Below, in pieces: positions 54,703-62,289 of a stretch of 64,000 bases of DNA. Within the stretch, counting starts at the first letter, position 1. Every line of letters starts with the position of its first letter. The translations under genes and the position numbers were made by a program. Source of the DNA: Spirulina sp. (lineage in GTDB: Bacteria > Cyanobacteriota > Cyanobacteriia > Phormidesmidales > Phormidesmidaceae); the NCBI GenBank assembly GCA_044070495.1, contig JBIPSI010000010.1:1-64000 (forward strand), read 5' to 3'. A model generated the notes under the pieces. That model made no database searches, had not been told where the DNA came from, and was given only the letters and a program-made list of their open reading frames with translations.

Positions 54703-55626
54703 ATGGGCGCAGCGGCACAACAGGTCATCGGCATTGATTTAGGCGGATCCGCCATTAAGTTAGGGCGCTTTACGGTCAATGGAGACTGTGTGGCCGAGTT
54801 GACAGTACCCACGCCCCAGCCCTCTACCCCCGCCGCTGTGGTCAGCGCCATTGCCGTTGCCATCGACCAGTTGGATCCTCACCGAAAAGCCGGAGCCATT
54901 GGCCTCGGCACCCCTGGCCCCGCCGATGCCGCCGGACGTGTCGCCCGCGTGGCCATCAACCTAGCGGGCTGGCGCGATGTGCCCATTGCCGACTGGCTAG
55001 AGGAAAAAACCGGACGGCCTACCCTCGTCGCCAACGATGCCAACTGTGCTGGACTGGGCGAGGCATGGCTGGGGGCGGGTCGCCATTTCCAAGACCTAAT
55101 TCTGCTGACCCTAGGAACGGGGGTAGGGGGGGCTGTTGTTTTGAACGGCGAGTTATTTGTGGGCCGTCAGGGCACCGCCGCCGAACTAGGACTGATCACC
55201 CTCAACCCCGATGGGCCACCCTGCAACAGCGGTAACCGAGGATCCCTGGAGCAATACTGCTCTGTCCAAGCCATCCAGCGCCAAACCGGGCGTTCTCCCG
55301 CCGAACTCTACCAACAGGCCCAGGCCGGGGATGGGGAGGCGATCACCTTCTGGCAGACCTACGGACGCTGGCTGGGGGCGGGCTTGGCCAGTTTGGTCTA
55401 CGTCCTCACCCCGGAGGCGATCATTCTGGGGGGTGGGGTGAGTGCCGCCGCCGATCTGTTTTTGCCCACGGTTTTACAAGAACTCGAAGAACGGGTGCTG
55501 CCCAGTTCTCGCGAGGGTCTGCGGGTGCTGATCGCCGAACTGGGTAATCGGGCGGGCATGGTGGGGGCGGCACGGCTGGCCCTGCCCCTGGTGCATCCCG
55601 CCGTACCGGATAATGGAGAGGCTTGA
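54703..55626 (+). CDS. ROK family sugar kinase (probable glucokinase)
   Basis: IGIDLGGS, NDANCA.LGE, LGTGVGG, CNSGNRGSLE, LGGGVS. Confidence 0.9.
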   Translation: MGAAAQQVIGIDLGGSAIKLGRFTVNGDCVAELTVPTPQPSTPAAVVSAIAVAIDQLDPHRKAGAIGLGTPGPADAAGRVARVAINLAGWRDVPIADWLEEKTGRPTLVANDANCAGLGEAWLGAGRHFQDLILLTLGTGVGGAVVLNGELFVGRQGTAAELGLITLNPDGPPCNSGNRGSLEQYCSVQAIQRQTGRSPAELYQQAQAGDGEAITFWQTYGRWLGAGLASLVYVLTPEAIILGGGVSAAADLFLPTVLQELEERVLPSSREGLRVLIAELGNRAGMVGAARLALPLVHPAVPDNGEA

Positions 55627-55651
55627 GGTGCCGTCCTAGTCTGGGTTTGCT

Positions 55652-57085
55652 ATGGTTTCTGCTGATTTGCCTATCCACGCCTTTGTCCATCCCCTGGGCC
55701 ACAATCGGGAGGCTATTGAGGCCATCATGCAGACGGTGAGCCAGGGCATTGTCGATTACCTGGCCACGGCGGGCACCCAGGTACCGTTGCCGCCTGGGGA
55801 TGAACTGCCCTACCGACCCATTCCAGCCCAGCCCGTAGCCTGGGCCACCCTCATGGATGACCTCAAGGGCGTGATGGCCGGGGCGATGAATCCAGCCCAT
55901 CCCGGCTACCTAGGGCATATGGATCCTCTGCCCAGCACGGTTTCCATTCTGGGAGATTGGGTGGCGGCAGCCCTCAACAACAACATGCTCAGCGTAGAAA
56001 TGTCGCCCCTCCTGTCGCGGCTAGAGCCGTTACTGATGGCGGAAATCGCGCAGTTGTTTGGATTGGGGGAGCGGGCCGGAGGGCTGTTGGTGAATGGCGG
56101 CACCCTAGCGAATTTACAGGCCCTCACCGTAGCGCGCAATGTCAACCTGGGCTGTCTGAAAACAGGACTGGCGGGCCACGGCAATCCGGTCATCCTAGCT
56201 TCAGAGATGGCCCATACCTCCATCCAAAAAGCGGCCATGGTGCTGGGGCTAGGGCTGGAGGGGGTGATCCTAGTGCCTGCGCCCCAAGGACAGATGGATG
56301 TAGAGGCCCTGGAAACCCTGATTCGCCAAGCCCTCGCCGATGGGAAGCGGCCCTTTGCCATCGTGGCCACTGCCGGAACAACGGTCACCGGGAATATTGA
56401 TCCCCTGCCCGCCATCCAGCGCCTCGCCCAGATCTACGATCTCTGGTTCCATGTGGATGCCGCCTACGGGGGTGCCCTGGCCTTTTCCCCGGCTCATCGC
56501 TATCGGCTGACCGGCATTGAACGGGCCGATTCCGTTACCTTCAACCCGCAAAAGTGGCTCTATGTCACCAAAACCTGCGCCTCGGTCATGTTTCGCGACC
56601 TCAGTCTGCTCCACAGCCACTTCCGCATTCCGGCCCCCTACATGAACAGCGAAACCGACTGGGTCAACCTAGGGGAAATTTCGATTCAGGGTACCCGCCA
56701 CCCCGATATCCTCAAACTTTGGCTATCGCTACAACACCTAGGCCAATCCGGCTGTGCCTCCCTGGTAGACCACGGCTATCACCTAGCGGCGGCGATGGTA
56801 GATCACATCCGCCAGCGCCCTTACCTGACCCTAGCCACGGAACCGGAAATGAACCTGGTGTGCTTTCGGGGCTGTCCTCCCCACCTACAATCTGATCAGT
56901 GGGATGATTGGAATGCCGGATTACAGCAGTTTTTGCTGACCGAAGCCCAAATCTTTCTTTCCCTGCCGCAATGGCGAGGGCAGCGCTGGCTGAAGGCGGT
57001 TCTCCTCAATCCGTTTACCACCGCCGATCACCTCGCCACCCTGTTTGACCAGATTGATCGCTATACCCAGGAAAGCACCCTATAA
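55652..57085 (+). CDS. Group II PLP-dependent amino acid decarboxylase
   Basis: HPGYLGHM, GGTLANL, AHTSIQK, TAGTT.TG.ID, WFHVDAAYGG, NPQKW (PLP lysine). Confidence 0.92.
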   Translation: MVSADLPIHAFVHPLGHNREAIEAIMQTVSQGIVDYLATAGTQVPLPPGDELPYRPIPAQPVAWATLMDDLKGVMAGAMNPAHPGYLGHMDPLPSTVSILGDWVAAALNNNMLSVEMSPLLSRLEPLLMAEIAQLFGLGERAGGLLVNGGTLANLQALTVARNVNLGCLKTGLAGHGNPVILASEMAHTSIQKAAMVLGLGLEGVILVPAPQGQMDVEALETLIRQALADGKRPFAIVATAGTTVTGNIDPLPAIQRLAQIYDLWFHVDAAYGGALAFSPAHRYRLTGIERADSVTFNPQKWLYVTKTCASVMFRDLSLLHSHFRIPAPYMNSETDWVNLGEISIQGTRHPDILKLWLSLQHLGQSGCASLVDHGYHLAAAMVDHIRQRPYLTLATEPEMNLVCFRGCPPHLQSDQWDDWNAGLQQFLLTEAQIFLSLPQWRGQRWLKAVLLNPFTTADHLATLFDQIDRYTQESTL

Positions 57086-57102
57086 ACAGCCCCCAGGAAA
57101 AT

Positions 57103-57240
57103 AAAAAGCCCCCAGGAAAGTCACCCTATCCTGGGGGCAGCGCACTCATAAATTAAGGGAAATCTTACCTAAACTAAGGGAAACCTTATCTCGGATTTCC
57201 CTTGAATGAGGCGCACCGCCCAGATTTACCCATCCCCCCT
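57103..57240 (-). ncRNA. Probable PsrR1 (SyR1)-like small RNA
   Basis: Minus strand CCGAG..GGTTTCC..TAGTTTAGGTA..TTTATGAG..GCCCCCAGG-loop-CCTGGGGGCTTTTT matches my recollection of the family; TAGCCT -10-like at 57251-57246. The 5' end is approximate. Confidence 0.6.
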
Positions 57241-57293
57241 TATGAAGGCTACCACCTATACATAAACCTCTATTCTGCTTAGTTCCTAGGGTT

Positions 57294-57368
57294 GATCCCC
57301 CCTAGCCCCCTTATGAAGGGGGAAACTGGATTCAAAGTCCCCCTTCACAAGGGGAATTTAGGGGGATC
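57294..57368. repeat. CCCCCTT/AAGGGGG palindromic dispersed repeat, copy 2
   Basis: GATCCCCCCTAGCCCCCTT..AAGGGGG...CCCCCTT..AAGGGGAATTTAGGGGGATC, inverse of the 4779-4888 architecture. Confidence 0.85.
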
Positions 57369-57442
57369 TCCAAGGATTTGTGGCATGAAAGCAGGATGTG
57401 TATGAGCAGTAGCTTATTAAGGGAGAGTACAAGGCAAATCGA

Positions 57443-58051
57443 CTATTCCTCTGTTTCCATGGCGCTCTCCATCTTGGCGGAAATTTTCTCCTTAATCTCC
57501 TCTAGACTAGGCATAAATTCCTTTTTCTTTTCTAGGCCCAGCTTAATCTTTTCGCCAATTTCCTCAGCGGTGGGAGCCATACCAGCCCCAGCGGCATCGG
57601 GTGCAAATTTCTCCTTGGCTTTCATCCCCGCTTCAATTTTCTCAACGATCTCATCCGCCGTAGGCATGAAGAGTTCTTTCTTCTTCATGAAGACTTCCTT
57701 CTTCTGTTCGGGGGTGAGGGCCGCAAACAGCTCTTGGGTGGGAACCGCCTTCATAATGGCTGATAGATCCGCTTTCTGCTCCTTGGTGAGGGCCATGGAT
57801 TTAAAGGCTTTGCGCAAACTAAAGCCATCCTCGATAGCCTGCTCAAATTTCTCCCGCTGATCGGGAAAGAGAATCGCCTCAATCTGAGGAACATACTCAG
57901 ACTCGAGTTGCTCCATCAGCCCTTGTTGGTCGGCATCAAGATCCACCCCTTGCAACCAGGGCAGAACAGAGGACTTGGCCTGGGCCGGGCTGATGGCTAC
58001 CATCATCACCAAGATGGTAGAGATAACAACTGATAGTAACGTCCGTAACAT
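57443..58051 (-). CDS. Exported helical protein, Spy/CpxP-like, with C-terminal repeats
   Basis: Signal peptide (ISPAQA), LTxEQ-type motifs (LDADQQ, LFPDQR, LTKEQK, LTPEQK). Alternative TTG start 58072. Confidence 0.7.
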   Translation of the reverse strand: MLRTLLSVVISTILVMMVAISPAQAKSSVLPWLQGVDLDADQQGLMEQLESEYVPQIEAILFPDQREKFEQAIEDGFSLRKAFKSMALTKEQKADLSAIMKAVPTQELFAALTPEQKKEVFMKKKELFMPTADEIVEKIEAGMKAKEKFAPDAAGAGMAPTAEEIGEKIKLGLEKKKEFMPSLEEIKEKISAKMESAMETEE

Positions 58052-58099
58052 ACTGAAAAATCTCCGTATCAAAAAACACTAAACTGCCTAGGCGCTGAC

Positions 58100-58900
58100 T
58101 CAAGTCTCTGACGCATTATCTCGCGTAGCCTTGGCATGTTCAGCAAAGGCCACAACCGCCATAAACGATATAACAATTGTAGGCAAAACCAGGCTCCACC
58201 ATGTTTCTGAAATCAAAACAAAATATGTAGCAGCTAGCCCTCCCAGAGCAAACCCAATAATGATTGGAATCACCCGTCCCATACGCTCCATGGATTCCTC
58301 GGCAGCTAAAGACGCTTTTTCATCGGTTTCAGAGGCTAACTTAGAGATGGCAACCTGCACGAGGTCAATGGTGAGCTGCGTCGTATTGCCCGTCATTACC
58401 GTGGTGGGAATGTAACTTTTAAACACGCCCTTAGCTTCCTTCATGATGGCATTTTGGATCGCCATCGCCACCACCCCTGCCATACCAATGGGCAGAATAT
58501 ATTCCTCCTGCACATTAAAAATAAGATAGGGAGAGAAGGTGACCCCAACCCAAAGAAAAATGCAAAGAGCGATGGCTTCGGCGGTGAGCAAAACCGCAAA
58601 GACAGGCCACTGTTTATGACGGGCGTAGCGGGCAAGGAGAGAAGTAGCCGCCACCGCAACCATGAAGGCAGGAAACATCAGCAGATGGGTAATGGTGGAT
58701 TCCTCATCGGCTTGAACAAATTCGTAGCCCGCTAGGGCGATATTGCCTGTAACGTGGGCGGTGAAAATACCAAACAAAATAATAAATGCCGACGTATCCA
58801 CAAACCCAGCAACCCAACTAAGCATAAAGCCAGCGGGGCCATCACTCAGCAGATACTGACCCAGGCTAAAATCAGATTTTTGAGGAGAGGTGGCAACCAT
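58100..58900 (-). CDS. YoaK/DUF1275 family membrane protein
   Basis: LSWVAGFVD, FTAHVTGN, AMAIQNA, TTVMTGN.TQ, GF.LGG. Confidence 0.88.
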   Translation of the reverse strand: MVATSPQKSDFSLGQYLLSDGPAGFMLSWVAGFVDTSAFIILFGIFTAHVTGNIALAGYEFVQADEESTITHLLMFPAFMVAVAATSLLARYARHKQWPVFAVLLTAEAIALCIFLWVGVTFSPYLIFNVQEEYILPIGMAGVVAMAIQNAIMKEAKGVFKSYIPTTVMTGNTTQLTIDLVQVAISKLASETDEKASLAAEESMERMGRVIPIIIGFALGGLAATYFVLISETWWSLVLPTIVISFMAVVAFAEHAKATRDNASET

Positions 58901-59101
58901 AAACTCAGCAGCAGCAAAGGCAAAGAACAGGAAAAAGGGACGTCAAGGATAAGAAAAGGCTGACCAATTTACTCAGCAAGCATACCCCTAGGAGAACGCA
59001 GCAACGCTAAAAAAGCCAACGATGACTCCTAGGAATCTTAAGTATCATCTGGATTGCCTCGGGCTCCATGGTAACAGTGGTCATGAATGGACATCGTCCT
59101 G

Positions 59102-60013
59102 CTAGCTAGCCCCATACTTGCTCACCTTGGGCGCAACGACCTTCACCAACTGATACAGATGATCGTCTAATTTGGGGGCAGCGAGGGCAGTAGGGGCCGA
59201 TTGGGGCGGAGGATCTGTCTGCTGATCGGCGGCATCTTGGGGCATGGACTCATCGTCCCCCTCGTCGGTGACGGGAACCTCCTCTGGTGAAGGCAGTGTC
59301 AGGGAGATCGTTGGTAGCTGGCTAACATCGCTAAATTCGCTGGCGTACCCCCAATTGGTCAACAGGCCGACATAGGGCGTATCTAGGGCCTGAAGCACAA
59401 GGGCCGACCGAGGCGCGGGGTACAGGCTGGGTAAGGTATCGAGGGAACGCCTAGCCGCATCGAGGATGAACCCCTGTTGTTCCGGGGAATCTGGATCCAA
59501 AGCCATAATCTGAACCAGGGCGTTTTCCCCAATGGTAATCGGCACCATCCCCGGTGGGGCCATCGTCTGATCGATGGTAAAGACTGAGGTAAGGCGAGGC
59601 TCTGGCGGATCGAGAATCAGACTACCCCCACCGGGTCTTTCCTTGACAAACTTCTCGTAATACTTGGTGTAGTCCACTTCTTCCGTTTCCGCCAAAGAGG
59701 CTTGGAAGGCTTCGTAGCTAGCGGGATCCTGCCACTGGGTTAGGGTGGCGATGCGACTGCCGTCGGTGCTGGTCAGGAGCGCAAATCGTTCAAATCCATC
59801 AATCTGTTTATAGAAGGATCGACTGGTTTTCAGTAAGGCTTTGACCACATCCGCCTGACTATCAGCCGTGGACTCGTAGACCGACAACACAACCGTGGTT
59901 GCAGAGTCGTCAAACACTAGGGGCTGAACTAACTTATCAGCCCAACCGGGGGCCACCCAACCCCATCCGTAGGCCATTACAGCCAGCAACACACCAAACA
60001 CAACGCGAACCAT
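59102..60013 (-). CDS. Exported protein with dimeric alpha-beta barrel (antibiotic biosynthesis monooxygenase-like) domains
   Basis: Signal-like N-terminus; GF...LL.STDG.RI...QW....YEAF pattern and a second similar unit; start 60013 preferred. Confidence 0.6.
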   Translation of the reverse strand: MVRVVFGVLLAVMAYGWGWVAPGWADKLVQPLVFDDSATTVVLSVYESTADSQADVVKALLKTSRSFYKQIDGFERFALLTSTDGSRIATLTQWQDPASYEAFQASLAETEEVDYTKYYEKFVKERPGGGSLILDPPEPRLTSVFTIDQTMAPPGMVPITIGENALVQIMALDPDSPEQQGFILDAARRSLDTLPSLYPAPRSALVLQALDTPYVGLLTNWGYASEFSDVSQLPTISLTLPSPEEVPVTDEGDDESMPQDAADQQTDPPPQSAPTALAAPKLDDHLYQLVKVVAPKVSKYGAS

Positions 60014-60234
60014 GGAGCAAATACCTAAGCAACAGGGCGACCAACTCAAGCAGTACTAAACTCAGCACTTGCTCCTCAGGACAAGGGGGTGACAGGGCTG
60101 ACTGGCTCGGCTTTTTATCCTAGCCCTAGCAATGAGGGCTATTTGTTAAACTCAATACCATTTTTTCAATACCCCCTGGGCTTACCCCTGAGCCGCCAAT
60201 CCGGTTGGCCCAGAGCCTCGGCCTCGGCGAATGC

Positions 60235-60289
60235 TGTACTTGCAGCTACAGATTCAAAGGGTGAGGTTCGCTATAAGACTGTATACAGT
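60235..60289 (+). promoter_or_regulatory. Candidate NtcA-activated promoter with adjacent palindromic operator
   Basis: TGTA-N8-TACA (60235-60250), 22 nt after TAC the hexamer TATAAG (60272-60277), then ACTGTATACAGT (60278-60289). Confidence 0.55.
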
Positions 60290-60529
60290 ACACCAAGAAT
60301 GCCATTAAACCTCTGGTCTTCTTTGAGGCCGGAGGGGCTTAAATTCTGTCTTCGGATAGGTGCCAGTCGGGAAAGATGGTGTTCAAGGCCCCCGGAAACG
60401 CCATTGTTTGTAGCTCTAAACACAAAAAAACTCATGGGTGCTTGCCATTCTTTGGGAGATGTGAAGGCCAATGGGGTTTCCTTGCGGTTTTAGTAAATGT
60501 TTTTGGAAATGACTTGATAGGGAGGATAC

Positions 60530-62053
60530 ATGACCCAGGCTGATTATGAAGGCTCTGGCCCAATAGCCGCCGAGCCCGCCGATGATATCGTTGAGTACGA
60601 CACAGGCATACTCTACGGCTTGCTAGACAAGCCTCCCGTGGGCGAAGCGGCCTTTGTGGCCATGCAGCACGTCTTAGCTTCCTTCGTAGGGATTATTACG
60701 CCACCCCTGTTGATTTGTTCCGCCCTTGGCGTGGATCCTGCGAATACCAGCTTCATCATCAGTATGTCGCTGTTTGCCAGCGGCCTATGTACGTTTATTC
60801 AGTGCAAACGCATTGGCCCTGTCGGTTCGGGTCTGCTGAGTTTGCAGGGCACCAGCTTTGCTTTTCTCGGCCCCATCATTGGGGTAGGAACAGCCGCCGT
60901 TAATGGCGGTGCCACCCCAGAACAGGCGCTAGCGCTCATCTTTGGGGTCTGTTTTTTTGGCTCCTCGGTGGAAATTATCCTCAGTCGCTTCCTGCACCTA
61001 GCTCAGGAAATCATCACGCCGCTAGTGGCGGGTACCGTGGTGATGATCATCGGCCTCAGCCTAATTAAAACAGGGATTTTTAGTTTGGCAGGGGGCGGGC
61101 CAGCCAAGCGCATTAGTGGGATCTTTGCCCAGCCCGAAAATGCCGGGTTGAGCCAAGCGACCGTGGATGGCGTGACCTTTAGGGCGGCTGATGCCTTTGG
61201 TAGCACTCAAAACCTAGCCCTAGGCTTTTTGGTTTTGGCCATCGTCACCCTGCTCACGCTGTCGAATAACCGCATTTTGCGGATGGGGGCGATTGCCATT
61301 GGCCTGATTATTGGCTATGTGATTGCCTTTTTCTTGGGCCTCGTCAACTTCAGTAACCTCAGCCAGCTACCCATCGTGCGGTTCCCCATCCCGATGCGGT
61401 TTGGCTTCGACTTCAACTTTGCCGCCTTTGCCCCCTTCCTCATTCTGTATCTGATCACCGCCGTTGAAACCATCGGCGATCTCACGGCCACTTCCGCTGT
61501 GTCTGGGGAACCGGTGAAAGGGCCGATTTACTTCCGGCGCATCAAGGGAGGCGTGTTAGGAGATGGTGTGAACTCCGCCATTGCCGCCCTGCTCAACACC
61601 TTCCCGAATACCACCTTTAGCCAAAATAACGGCGTGATTCAGATGACCGGGGTCGCCAGCCGCTACGTGGGTTTCTATGTGGCGGGTATTTTCGCCATCC
61701 TGGGTCTGGTGCCCATCGTTGGCGGAGTATTTCAAGCGATTCCGCAGCCCGTCTTAGGCGGAGCGACCCTGATCATGTTTGGTTCCATCGCTGTGGCTGG
61801 CCTCAACATTGTGGCCTCCACGGGGCTGGATCGCCGCTCCATCATTCTGGTGGCCATTTCCCTAGCCCTGGGCCTAGGGGTGGTCTATCACCCGGAAATT
61901 TTTGATGGCAAACCGGCCCTGATCAAAAACATTTTCTCGTCGGGGATTTCCACCGGTGGTTTGACGGCCATCGTTCTAAACACCGTCCTACCGGGTCGGC
62001 CTAAGGTGCCCTCCTTCCGAGAATCGCTGGCTGAAGCCGAAGCCGAAGCCTAG
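60530..62053 (+). CDS. NCS2/NAT family nucleobase permease, probably xanthine
   Basis: QH motif in TM1, GTSFAF, ETIGD, NAT signature FSQNNGVIQMTG as in XanQ/XanP-type transporters. Confidence 0.93.
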   Translation: MTQADYEGSGPIAAEPADDIVEYDTGILYGLLDKPPVGEAAFVAMQHVLASFVGIITPPLLICSALGVDPANTSFIISMSLFASGLCTFIQCKRIGPVGSGLLSLQGTSFAFLGPIIGVGTAAVNGGATPEQALALIFGVCFFGSSVEIILSRFLHLAQEIITPLVAGTVVMIIGLSLIKTGIFSLAGGGPAKRISGIFAQPENAGLSQATVDGVTFRAADAFGSTQNLALGFLVLAIVTLLTLSNNRILRMGAIAIGLIIGYVIAFFLGLVNFSNLSQLPIVRFPIPMRFGFDFNFAAFAPFLILYLITAVETIGDLTATSAVSGEPVKGPIYFRRIKGGVLGDGVNSAIAALLNTFPNTTFSQNNGVIQMTGVASRYVGFYVAGIFAILGLVPIVGGVFQAIPQPVLGGATLIMFGSIAVAGLNIVASTGLDRRSIILVAISLALGLGVVYHPEIFDGKPALIKNIFSSGISTGGLTAIVLNTVLPGRPKVPSFRESLAEAEAEA

Positions 62054-62273
62054 TCGTCCATCGAGTTGATCGGCAGAAGATGTCGATCCACCCGTTGATG
62101 GTTATCCCAGTGGTGCCGTTCGCTTGGGCACAACGCAACGGTTTTTCCATGCCCCATGGGCGTTATACCTGCGCAATCGCTTGTCCTAGCCGTTGAAGAC
62201 ACCCTGGGAAACCCAAGGATCTATGGTCATTGAGCACCCATAGATTCTCATTGCAGTAGACCGCTCTTACTTT

Positions 62274-62289
62274 GGTGTGAGGAGAACGA
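62274..62289 (+). promoter_or_regulatory. Yfr1-type sRNA target site overlapping porin ribosome-binding site
   Basis: GGTGTGAGGAGAACGA immediately before ATG; GTGTGAGGAG is complementary to 10 nt of the Yfr1 motif ACUCCUCACAC. Confidence 0.65.

Noticed and set aside
60089..60493. 134 aa ORF or purine riboswitch upstream of the permease
   Set aside because: ORF spans the predicted promoter and lacks motifs; no purine aptamer core seen.
62225..62255. Fur/Zur box upstream of the porin
   Set aside because: Only a half-site-like ATTCTCA is visible, with no convincing dyad.
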